40,874 bases of DNA, from the IMG/VR virus record IMGVR_UViG_3300037408_000112, positions 1 to 40,874 of that record, one strand, 5' to 3'. How positions within the stretch are numbered: position 1 is the first letter of the stretch; each line of letters starts with the position of its first letter. This stretch comes from a virus. Taxonomy: Duplodnaviria; Caudoviricetes. The notes beneath the pieces were generated by a model. It saw only the letters and a list, made by a program, of their open reading frames with translations, had not been told where the DNA came from and did no database searches. A program made the position numbers and the translations under genes. Shown here one piece after another: positions 1 through 7,795 of this stretch.

Positions 1-127
1 TGTTGCCGAACGGGAAGTTCGATGCCGCGTAATTCTGCACATAGCCGTGCTGGTGTACGCCCGCCGAGCCCGTCAGGCCACCGTGCGTGTGGTTCACCGA
101 GCCGTCACCGGACACGATGTTGATCGC
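1..127. repeat. Terminal direct repeat copy 1 (127 bp), circular-assembly overlap
   Basis: 1-127 is identical to 40748-40874, and a tail-fibre ORF reads through the junction in frame. Confidence 0.95.
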
Positions 128-490
128 GTGGACGTGGCTGGGGACCTTGTCGTTCAGCACCGGATCATCAGAGCCGCCAGCGCCGCCGCCAGCAGTCGCC
201 GTCGCCACCACGCGCAGGGCGCGGGTCGCGTCGATCGTGGTGCGCTTCCAGCCGGTCGGCGGGGCCGACTGGTAGAAGATCATCACCGAGCCGATCGGCA
301 CTCCGCCCACATTCAGCTGCGCCGCCGTCGCCGTGACCGGGGTGCGACCAAGGTTCGGGAACTGCCGCTTCAGGACGTTCTTGACGCCGCGAATGTGGTC
401 GTCGCCAGCGTCCGGGTAGTCGGTGCCGGCGGGCCAGTTCTCGTTGAGGTCCGCGATGAAGCGATTACCAGTCAAATCTTCGAGGGGCAT
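1..490 (-). CDS. Tail fibre / tail-collar protein, N-terminal part (continues across the junction to 40560)
   Basis: Not in the ORF track. Manual translation from ATG at 490 gives MPLEDLTGNRFIADLNENWPAGTDYPDAGDDHIRGVKNVLKRQFPN...VPIGSVMIFYQSAPPTGW (collar-like motif), which joins ORF 40560..40862 in frame. Confidence 0.8.
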   Translation of the reverse strand, partial: MPLEDLTGNRFIADLNENWPAGTDYPDAGDDHIRGVKNVLKRQFPNLGRTPVTATAAQLNVGGVPIGSVMIFYQSAPPTGWKRTTIDATRALRVVATATAGGGAGGSDDPVLNDKVPSHVHAINIVSGDGSVNHTHGGLTGSAGVHQHGYVQNYAASNFPFGN

Positions 491-1074
491 TAGGGATACC
501 TCGTCGTGACCAGCTCGCCGATGAGCTGGATACCGCTGATCTTGAGCGTATCGGTGGCCGCGCCCGTGTACCACTTGCCGAGCAGCTGAATCTGTGAGTT
601 CTGCGGCGGATCAGTGTAAATGCGCTGCGTGAACTGCTGCAGCACGTTGTTCCCCAGACACTCGACGGCGCCCACCAGTCCGACCGGGACGCCGTTGACG
701 CCAATGGCCAGGTCGAGTAGGCGGCCGTTCGGTCCCTCGAACGACAGCACTGACGAAACGAAGTGGTTGTAGCCGGCGAGCTTGACGACCAGAGAGCCGT
801 TGGTGAGATTGAAGTCCAGCTCTTCCGGCGAGGAACCGGCGCCGCCAGTGAACAGCCCGCTGGTGAGAATCGGGGTCCAGGTCGCGTTGTTCAGGGTCAG
901 CAGCTTCGGCGCCGCCATGTGATCGCCAGCGATGCCGGCGAGCGCGGGCCGCAAGGACTGCACCACGTCGGTGATCATCTGCCGCAACGTCGCGGGAGTG
1001 ATCGCGCCGGTCGTATTGTCAGGCAGCTCGTTCGGCAGCTCCTGGATCAGCTGGTCGGTGTAGCGGCGCGTCAT
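490..1074 (-). CDS. Virion structural protein (tail-associated)
   Basis: N-terminal LPDNTTGAITPATLR motif seen in phage structural proteins, beta-rich C-terminus, translationally coupled in the late operon. Confidence 0.55.
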   Translation of the reverse strand: MTRRYTDQLIQELPNELPDNTTGAITPATLRQMITDVVQSLRPALAGIAGDHMAAPKLLTLNNATWTPILTSGLFTGGAGSSPEELDFNLTNGSLVVKLAGYNHFVSSVLSFEGPNGRLLDLAIGVNGVPVGLVGAVECLGNNVLQQFTQRIYTDPPQNSQIQLLGKWYTGAATDTLKISGIQLIGELVTTRYP

Positions 1075-1514
1075 GCAACCCCCTCGAACAGTGCGCGCTC
1101 GGCCTCACGGCGGCGCGTCAGCCCAGCGAGCACTCGGCCACCGCCCTTGTTCCAGCGAGCGAACTCGGCCGCCGCGCCAGCCTCGTTGCCATGGTTCAGC
1201 AGCCGCACCAGCGTGCTGCTTTTGAATGCCGCGCAGCCGACGTTGTAGGCGAAGGACACCAGGGCATCGAACTGGCCCTGCGTGAGGTCCACGTCGACGG
1301 CGTTGAGCACGCAGTTCTCGAACTTCTGCAGGTCCTTCGCGAACCAGGCATCGGCCTGCTCGCGCGTGGCCGTCATGCCCTGACGCACCGGCTTGCCGTT
1401 GACCCGGGTCGTTCCCCAGCCGATCGTCCAGACGCCGGCCGGGCAGAGGTACGCCGTCGGGCTGAACGACTCGAACTCGTGGATCAGGTCAATCCCTGCC
1501 TGGCTGGTGTTCAT
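1071..1514 (-). CDS. Endolysin, GH24 (T4/P21-like) lysozyme
   Basis: FESFSPTAYLCPAGVWTIGWG (E-x8-C-x5-T), QGQFDALVSFAYNVG and GLTRRREAERALF. Start re-called to MNTSQAG (ATGA overlap). Confidence 0.92.
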   Translation of the reverse strand: MNTSQAGIDLIHEFESFSPTAYLCPAGVWTIGWGTTRVNGKPVRQGMTATREQADAWFAKDLQKFENCVLNAVDVDLTQGQFDALVSFAYNVGCAAFKSSTLVRLLNHGNEAGAAAEFARWNKGGGRVLAGLTRRREAERALFEGVA

Positions 1515-1837
1515 CGCATCGCGCCGTTCTTCTGGGTCTGATCCCTCATCAGCTGCACGGCCTGCTCGGCGATCCGCGTGTTCTGCGCCATGTTCTCGCG
1601 CACCGACACGATGACGTCGAGCCACCTTGCGGCCGTCTCGCGGTGCTCGGTGTCACGGGCCACGATCGACTGCCGCATGCCGTCGATGACCATGCGCCAC
1701 CTGGCCGCCTCTTCGCGGCAGGTCGTGTTCGTCATCCAGACCTGCCACATGAGCGCGAACAGGGCCAGCACGATCAAGCCGTTCTCCCTGATTAGGTCAA
1801 GGATCAACTGCACGGTGTCCCTGGTGTCCTGCGTCAT
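1511..1837 (-). CDS. Putative holin (single TM helix plus coiled coil)
   Basis: Hydrophobic GLIVLALFALMWQVW segment, directly upstream of and overlapping the lysozyme gene. Confidence 0.55.
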   Translation of the reverse strand: MTQDTRDTVQLILDLIRENGLIVLALFALMWQVWMTNTTCREEAARWRMVIDGMRQSIVARDTEHRETAARWLDVIVSVRENMAQNTRIAEQAVQLMRDQTQKNGAMR

Positions 1838-2004
1838 GGAGTGTACGGCCTCTCCGGGATGCGCTCGATCGTCTGCGTCTGATCGGGATCCAGCGGATCC
1901 GGCTTGCGCCTTGGCCAGGATGCGTTCTTCAGCACGCGCCGATTGTTCGCATTCGGCGTGATCGCGTGGACCACGGGCTGGAAATGGCGGACCAGCGTTC
2001 TCAT
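1834..2004 (-). CDS. Hypothetical protein (56 aa)
   Basis: MRTLVRHFQPVV..., with ATGA overlaps at both ends. Confidence 0.55.
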   Translation of the reverse strand: MRTLVRHFQPVVHAITPNANNRRVLKNASWPRRKPDPLDPDQTQTIERIPERPYTP

Positions 2005-2444
2005 GGCCCGGCCGGCTCCGTCGGCGAGACGATGGTGTCGTCCAGCTTCACGCCACCGAGCCACGCGATGGCGGTGTAGTCGCCCGCCGCCGCGTAGGCG
2101 TGGACGGCGCCACCGGCCGGGGCGTCGATGCGGCCAGAGCCGTCGCCCGGGTCGATCTCGCACGGGATTGCCGGGCTGACGGTGAAGGTCACCGACAGGT
2201 CAGTCACCACGCCAGACAGGGTGCGCGCGGCGAGCTTCATCGGCTCGGCGCAGCAGTCCCGGATGACGATGGTCCCAGCGGCCTCGTAGGAGGCGTGGCC
2301 ACGCTCCCAGGCGTCCGCCTCTGGCGTGCCGTTGGCGTGCGGGTTGGTGCCGACACCGAGCACCGCAACGTGCCGGCCCTCGCAGTACGCCTTCGACAGC
2401 GCGATGTCGTTCGGCACGTCCTTCGATCCCATGCAGCGGCTCAT
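2001..2444 (-). CDS. Putative virion decoration protein with C-terminal PKD-like Ig domain
   Basis: IDPGDGS...HAYAAAGDYTA matches the PKD pattern WDFGDG...HTY...GxYTV. SD AGGAGG lies upstream of MSRCMG. Confidence 0.55.
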   Translation of the reverse strand: MSRCMGSKDVPNDIALSKAYCEGRHVAVLGVGTNPHANGTPEADAWERGHASYEAAGTIVIRDCCAEPMKLAARTLSGVVTDLSVTFTVSPAIPCEIDPGDGSGRIDAPAGGAVHAYAAAGDYTAIAWLGGVKLDDTIVSPTEPAGP

Positions 2445-2445
2445 C

Positions 2446-2637
2446 TCACCTACCTCCTTTCTTGGACGGCAGCCTGCCGCCACGCTTGTGGATGCCGGAC
2501 CCGAGTATCCCGGTGCCGGTGTCCGATCGGTTGAACTCCTTCGCGACCTTCACCGGCACGCCGACCTTCTTGGCGAACTTCGGGTCGTGCGCCGCTGCGG
2601 CCATCAGCCTTGCCTGTTTGCGCGTCTTGCTGGGCAT
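2446..2637 (-). CDS. Small basic phage protein (MPSK...QARLMAAAAH...FAKKVG type)
   Basis: Recognisable small basic protein type found near podovirus capsid genes. Confidence 0.7.
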   Translation of the reverse strand: MPSKTRKQARLMAAAAHDPKFAKKVGVPVKVAKEFNRSDTGTGILGSGIHKRGGRLPSKKGGR

Positions 2638-2638
2638 G

Positions 2639-2692
2639 TCAGCAGCCCTTCTTGCCGCCGCCGCCCTTGCCCTTGCCCTTCTTCTTCATCAT
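2639..2692 (-). CDS. 17-aa Lys/Gly micro-protein MMKKKGKGKGGGGKKGC
   Basis: SD AGGAGG immediately upstream, and it exactly fills the gap between its neighbours. Below the ORF-track size cutoff. Confidence 0.6.
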   Translation of the reverse strand: MMKKKGKGKGGGGKKGC

Positions 2693-2698
2693 CGCCTC

Positions 2699-3010
2699 CT
2701 ACAGCTTGACCTTCGGGACCACGCGGAACTCGGGATGCTCCAGGAGAATCTTGTGCAGGTTCTTGGACTTCTCGGTGCCGGTCCAGCGCCGCCAGCCGGG
2801 GTAGTTCTGGTCGAGCCACAACTCCTCGATGCGGCCCACCATGCGGCCCCAGTCCATCTTGCGCTGTTCGAGCTTCTGCAGCTCCAGGTTCTCGCGCCGG
2901 ATCTGGTCGGCGTTGACCTGCGTGCGCTCGACGTAGGTCAGCCCCTCGTGCGGCTGCTCGACGACGCGCGTGCGGATGCCGTCGACGACCCACTCAGTCG
3001 GCGTAGCCAT
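2699..3010 (-). CDS. Conserved hypothetical protein downstream of the capsid gene
   Basis: 103-aa ORF in the late operon with phage-like composition, ending HPEFRVVPKVKL. Confidence 0.7.
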   Translation of the reverse strand: MATPTEWVVDGIRTRVVEQPHEGLTYVERTQVNADQIRRENLELQKLEQRKMDWGRMVGRIEELWLDQNYPGWRRWTGTEKSKNLHKILLEHPEFRVVPKVKL

Positions 3011-3215
3011 CAGCCTGCCCTCGCTCGATCAGCCGCCGCCCCAGCTCGGGATCGACGGTCACGACCTCGCCGCGCTGCGCCTTGTGAGTGTGCAGCCAGA
3101 CGGGGACCTTGATCTTGACGACCATCACCGACTGGACCTGCTCTGCCTGGGCCAGCTCGGCCGAAGCGACAGCCTCGACGGCGTGCGACACCTTCCGGTT
3201 GCGGATTCTCGCCAT
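2994..3215 (-). CDS. Hypothetical protein (73 aa)
   Basis: ORF directly after the MCP, containing RGEVVTVDPELGRRLIERG. Confidence 0.65.
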   Translation of the reverse strand: MARIRNRKVSHAVEAVASAELAQAEQVQSVMVVKIKVPVWLHTHKAQRGEVVTVDPELGRRLIERGQADGYAD

Positions 3216-3222
3216 GTGGACT

Positions 3223-3244
3223 GCGGGGGGCTTTCGCCCCCCGC
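3223..3244 (-). promoter_or_regulatory. GNRA hairpin after the major capsid stop (attenuator, mRNA stabiliser or split-RBS element)
   Basis: GCGGGGGGC-GAAA-GCCCCCCGC on the - strand, with no U-tract. Confidence 0.6.
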
Positions 3245-3251
3245 GCCTCCA

Positions 3252-4289
3252 TCACGCAGTCACGGCCAGAGTCGGGTCGATGTCAGCGATGACACCGTGC
3301 GCCTTCTCGGTATGCACGATCAGCGTCCAGTCCACCGCCATCTGCCGGTTGTCGGCCAGGCCGGTCTTCGCCAGGGGCTCAGTCCGGTAGCCGTGCAGGT
3401 AGCCGATCGACAGGTACTGCGGGTCGATGATGTACACGTCCGCCGTGTCGGTCGCCAGGTCGTTCAGCTGCTGCAGCCGGTTCGGGACGAAGTCCAGGGT
3501 CCCGAAGTCGGTGACGAACACGTTGACCGTGCCGAGCGCCGTCGCCGGGGTCCCAGCCTTGCCCTGGTCCGCCATCAGGGTCGCGATGCGCGCCGAGCTG
3601 GTGAACAGGTACTCGGAGAACTTGCGGATGACGCCGGGGACCGAGACCATCTTGGTCGGGTCACCGCCCTGCTGGTACACCGACTGCACGCAGTCGCGGA
3701 CCAGCGTCTCGGTGAGCGCCCGAGCCGTGCCGGCCACGGGGGCCGCCACGATGCCGTTGGCGAAGCCGGCAGCACTGCCGCCAGCGCCACGGAAGTCGTT
3801 GGTCACCAGCCAGGAACACAGGCCGGCAGACTGGCCGGGGACCGTGTCGCCGTCGTCAGCGATCGACGCCTGACGGGTAAGCATGATCGCCTCGACGTCA
3901 CGCTTCAGCTCCTGCTGCCGGCGCATGACCTGGTAGATCAGCTCGTTCGAGCGCCCGATCGTGTCGGACTCCTGGGCGCGGGTCGAGACGCGGACCACCT
4001 TGCGGGAAATCTGGCAGTGGTTGCCCACGCGAGCGCCGACAGCGGCGTCGTTGCCAGTCGCGTCAGAGCCGTCGACCACCTTGTTGGCGATGTTCGGCGC
4101 AGCCAGCTCGTCGGTCGTCCACTCCTTGTAGGGGTTCTTGACCGACTCGGTGCCGATGAGATCGGTGAACGGCAGCGGGATCCGGGAGATGTCCCAGATT
4201 TGCTGCATCACGTCTTCGTTGATGAGGCCGCCATAAGCGACGCCGGAGAGATCAGCTGCATTGAGGTTCGGAGTGAAAGGCATGGTCAT
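3252..4289 (-). CDS. Major capsid protein (DUF5309/SU10-like HK97 fold)
   Basis: EWTTDEL, NHCQISRKVVRVS, ELKRDVEAI, TDFG and LAKTG motifs, 345 aa, directly after the scaffold gene. Confidence 0.9.
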   Translation of the reverse strand: MTMPFTPNLNAADLSGVAYGGLINEDVMQQIWDISRIPLPFTDLIGTESVKNPYKEWTTDELAAPNIANKVVDGSDATGNDAAVGARVGNHCQISRKVVRVSTRAQESDTIGRSNELIYQVMRRQQELKRDVEAIMLTRQASIADDGDTVPGQSAGLCSWLVTNDFRGAGGSAAGFANGIVAAPVAGTARALTETLVRDCVQSVYQQGGDPTKMVSVPGVIRKFSEYLFTSSARIATLMADQGKAGTPATALGTVNVFVTDFGTLDFVPNRLQQLNDLATDTADVYIIDPQYLSIGYLHGYRTEPLAKTGLADNRQMAVDWTLIVHTEKAHGVIADIDPTLAVTA

Positions 4290-5338
4290 GTCCTCTGGTT
4301 AGCGAATGCCTTGTCAAGAATGGCGCGGGCGGCGGCGAGCTGGTCGCTCTTCTTGCCGGTGCGCTGCGCCTGCTCTTTCAGCGCGTTCAGCTTCTGCGTC
4401 TGCAGCTGGCTGCGGGGGATGCCCGCGCCAGGCTTCAGGACCCGGGGCGCCTGCTGCACATGCTGCCGCGTCTCTGCCGCCTTCGCCTGAAGCGAGTCGT
4501 ACAGGTACGCCTTGCGCAGGATGTCCCGGTGCTCCCAGTTGACCGCGTGCCGCAGATCGTCGGGGGTGTAGCCGTACTGCCTGGCCGCCCACTCTCCGAT
4601 CGCGTTCGCTTCCCGCAGCGCGGTCTCTCGATCGCGCCACTCGGGGATGCGCTGTAGCAGCTCCTGATCCTGGGCAGCGCGGTAGTTGGCTTCAACCACC
4701 GCCGACTGCTGCGCCAGCGCCTGCTGCGTCCGCTGGTAGTTGGCTCCAGCGTTCTGCAGCGCCTCCGCGTATCGCTGTCGCTCAAGGGCCGCCCGGCCTG
4801 GGTCGAGTCTCTCGAACTCTTTCCAGTCGATGCTGTCCCGCTGCGTCACGATCGCCTGAATGCTGGCGCGTGCGTCGATCAGTTCCTGCTGCAGGCGCTG
4901 TCCACCCTGGAACACCTCCTGCGCTTGCCGCATGAGCAGCTGACGGTCGGCCGCCAGCTTCTCGCGCTGCTGCTCGATCTCGCTGCGGCTGCGCTCGTAG
5001 CCCTGTAGCCTGTCCTTCAGCTCGCCGAGCTTGATGCCGACGGGCTTGCCGTCGGGACCCATCTCACCGAGATTGAACTCCAGGCCGTAAAGGAACTCCG
5101 GCTCAACCTCCAGCACCTTCGCCAGTTCCGCAATGGTCCGAATCTCTTCGGCGGCAGGGCTCTCACCCGCTGGCTGCTCGGCGCCTTCCGCGCTGATCGC
5201 GCTGTCGCCTTCAGGCGACTGGGCTTCACCTTCCAGAGCATCATCCTCTCGGCGATCCTCAGGGGGCGTTGCTTCACCCGCCAGCAGCTGTTCGCTGATG
5301 GCGGTGATCTGTGACTGCAAGTCTCCTTGCTGTGCCAT
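4286..5338 (-). CDS. Capsid scaffolding protein
   Basis: Acidic N-terminus, long Q/E/A coiled coil, IDW...DP and IPEW motifs, KPG near the C-terminus, upstream of the MCP. Confidence 0.8.
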   Translation of the reverse strand: MAQQGDLQSQITAISEQLLAGEATPPEDRREDDALEGEAQSPEGDSAISAEGAEQPAGESPAAEEIRTIAELAKVLEVEPEFLYGLEFNLGEMGPDGKPVGIKLGELKDRLQGYERSRSEIEQQREKLAADRQLLMRQAQEVFQGGQRLQQELIDARASIQAIVTQRDSIDWKEFERLDPGRAALERQRYAEALQNAGANYQRTQQALAQQSAVVEANYRAAQDQELLQRIPEWRDRETALREANAIGEWAARQYGYTPDDLRHAVNWEHRDILRKAYLYDSLQAKAAETRQHVQQAPRVLKPGAGIPRSQLQTQKLNALKEQAQRTGKKSDQLAAARAILDKAFANQRT

Positions 5339-5360
5339 AACTGCCTCGTAGTGTAGCGGA

Positions 5361-5597
5361 TTATTCCGCGTTCAGTTTGTCAAGCAGGGGCCGCGCCATG
5401 ACCCGTTCCAGCTCGGCGCGGATGGTGACCAACGCCCACCGCCGCAGGGCGATCCCCTTCAGTCCCTCGACGTGTTCCGGCGGCATGTCCTGGAACAGCC
5501 CCCACAGCTCTCGCTCCAGGGTGTCCCAGGCCTGCTGCCAGACCGGGTTGGCGAGGATCGCCTCAGCCTGTGTCGCCTGTCGTTCTGCGTCGCTCAT
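5361..5597 (-). CDS. Small conserved head-morphogenesis protein
   Basis: AEAILANPVWQQAW motif, in the usual position just before the scaffold gene. Confidence 0.65.
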   Translation of the reverse strand: MSDAERQATQAEAILANPVWQQAWDTLERELWGLFQDMPPEHVEGLKGIALRRWALVTIRAELERVMARPLLDKLNAE

Positions 5598-7792
5598 ACC
5601 ATCGCCTCGTCGCTGCTCCAGGGCAGCAGTGCCGCACCAGCGCCCAGCCCGGCGATGAAGTCGCCGCGCTTGAGCGCCTCACGCAGCCCTTCCAGCCCCT
5701 GCGTGCGCAGGATCTGCAGGGCGTTCATCAGGTCCTCGCGCACCGGCAGCCCCTTGTTCTTCTGCGCCCGCCGGTAGTTCTCGTAGAGGTCGCCGGCCGG
5801 CTGCATCAGCGCCTCCGACAGCGCCGACTGCTGGCTCCCGGGCAGCTGGTCGACCTGCTCGAACAGCTTGGTCGCCACGGCGCCGGATCCTGGCTCGGCC
5901 TTCCAGGCGTCCTCGAAGTCGACATAACCGGAGCGCGGCGACGCCCGCACCATGGTCGGCAGCGCCGTGTAGGGGGCTTCGCCCTCCACCTCTGTCGCGA
6001 AGGTGCGCCGCAGGGCATTGAAGCCCTCCGGGCTGATCTGGCCGTTGGCTGGCATGGCGTTGATCCCGGCGCCCGTGTCGGCCAGGTAGAAGTCACCGCT
6101 GGCGGGCGTGCCGAGCTGCTTCATCAGCTCCGGCGGGACCTTGCCCTCGCGCGGGATGTACAGGCCGCCACCCTCCGGGTCCGGGACCATGCCGGACCAG
6201 GCCGAGCCGCCCTGCGCCGTCATGTAGCCGCGCGCCGCCTCCGCCGCGTTCAGCTTGGCAGCGTCCGCCTTGCGCACCTCGCCGCCCTTGGTCAGCGGAA
6301 CCTGCACGCCGGAGGCGAACGCCGGGTTGGTCTCGAAGTTGCCCTCTCTCGGCTCCCACAGCCCGGTGGCCTTGCGCTGCTCGATGCCGGGCATCCCCAG
6401 CGCCTCGTGCAGCATGTCGCGCTGCGCCGGGTTGGTGAAGGTCTGGGCAAGCCGCGAGGACATCACGCTGCGCTGCTTCTCCGGCAGGTCCTGGAAGCCC
6501 GTGAGGTGGCCGCTCGCCCCGTAGGGCGCCATCTCGGCCGTGCTGAACAGCGGCAGGTTCTCCGGCGTCCCCTCCTGCTGCCAGAACGCCCGCGCGTAGC
6601 TCTCGCGCCGGCGCTGGTCGGCCAGGGCATCGAGCCGCTTCGCCGACTGCATGACCAGCTTGCGCTCTTCTGGGTCGAGCCGGTCCATGATGTTGCCGCG
6701 CAGGTCCGGCCAGGCGTGCGGCTGCAGGCCGGCGACCTGGGGGCCGTAGCCGGCCTCTTCGAGGATCGAGCGATACTGCGGCTGGCCGAACAGCGAGCTG
6801 AAGTCCGGGGCGCCCCTGATCAGCTCGTCGGTCGCCTCGCCGCTCTCCAGCAGGTCGACCACGCTCTTGCCGGTCTGCCGCGCCTTCTCGTACAGCTGCA
6901 TCGCGAACGACCAGGCCGTCTCCTGGCCCTCAGCCGGCGACATGCCCGCGAGGTCGGCCGCGCCGCGCATGCGGGCGTTGGTGGCCAGGTAGCCTGGCGT
7001 CAGCCCGGGATCGAGCGGGTTCCCCTTGGGCATGCTGCCGCTGAACATGCTCTGCGACACGCCCAGCAGGTTCGCGTTCCAGGCGTCGTTGGTGACGCGA
7101 AAGACGTCGTCCGCGAGGTTGCCCATGAAGCTGTCCACCTTCGGGCCGGACAGCACGACCTTGCTCGGGTCGTCGGCGCGCAGGGCGCGCATGGAGTTGT
7201 TCACCCAGGCGTCGAGCACCGACTCCTCGCCCTTGGTCCCCATCACCGAGCGGCCCATGATCGCCTTGATCGCGGCCTCGTCGGTGGGGCGCCCGGCGGC
7301 CGTCCAGTTCTTCCAGGTGTTCAGGGCGTTGGTGAGGTTGTTCTCGACGCTGGTCTGCGGGCTCATCGCCGCGAGCAGGGCCGCGAAGCGGGGGGCGTCG
7401 TCGCCGAAGGTATCGATCAGCGCCTGGGCGCTGGCCCGATACCAGCCGCGCTTGGCGCCGCCGGCCTTCATCACCGCCGCCAGCTCCTTGGCCTTCGGCA
7501 GGAAGTCCAGCATGCGCTGCATCGACTGCACGCTGCTCTTGCTGTAGCCGGCCTTCTCGGCCTCGTTCGGCAGCAGGTAGGCCGCCTCCGGCCCAACCCC
7601 CTGGAGCCGCGCCTCCACCGCCGGAGCGAGCGGGCTCTCGGCCCGCATGCCGCCGATCTCGGCCCGGACCTGGCCAGGGCCAGGCATCGCCTCAGCGCGT
7701 GCCATGGCCCCCGGCGTGGCCTCGCGCCGCAGCTCCTGCGCCCGCGCGGCTGCCCGCCGCAGTGCCGCCGCCTTCTGCTTCCAGCTCGCCAT
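5594..7792 (-). CDS. Large putative capsid-cargo protein with an HhH-GPD glycosylase-like domain
   Basis: GWY...FAALLAAMSPQTSVENN...LSGPKVDSF..NL...VTNDAW, and a C-terminal AGLGAGAALL segment typical of internal virion proteins. Confidence 0.55.
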   Translation of the reverse strand: MASWKQKAAALRRAAARAQELRREATPGAMARAEAMPGPGQVRAEIGGMRAESPLAPAVEARLQGVGPEAAYLLPNEAEKAGYSKSSVQSMQRMLDFLPKAKELAAVMKAGGAKRGWYRASAQALIDTFGDDAPRFAALLAAMSPQTSVENNLTNALNTWKNWTAAGRPTDEAAIKAIMGRSVMGTKGEESVLDAWVNNSMRALRADDPSKVVLSGPKVDSFMGNLADDVFRVTNDAWNANLLGVSQSMFSGSMPKGNPLDPGLTPGYLATNARMRGAADLAGMSPAEGQETAWSFAMQLYEKARQTGKSVVDLLESGEATDELIRGAPDFSSLFGQPQYRSILEEAGYGPQVAGLQPHAWPDLRGNIMDRLDPEERKLVMQSAKRLDALADQRRRESYARAFWQQEGTPENLPLFSTAEMAPYGASGHLTGFQDLPEKQRSVMSSRLAQTFTNPAQRDMLHEALGMPGIEQRKATGLWEPREGNFETNPAFASGVQVPLTKGGEVRKADAAKLNAAEAARGYMTAQGGSAWSGMVPDPEGGGLYIPREGKVPPELMKQLGTPASGDFYLADTGAGINAMPANGQISPEGFNALRRTFATEVEGEAPYTALPTMVRASPRSGYVDFEDAWKAEPGSGAVATKLFEQVDQLPGSQQSALSEALMQPAGDLYENYRRAQKNKGLPVREDLMNALQILRTQGLEGLREALKRGDFIAGLGAGAALLPWSSDEAMV

Positions 7793-7795
7793 CAG

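Noticed and set aside
1-127. 127-bp terminal repeat as a biological direct terminal repeat
   Set aside because: It falls in the middle of a tail-fibre gene and equals a common assembler k-mer length, so it is best explained as circular-contig overlap.
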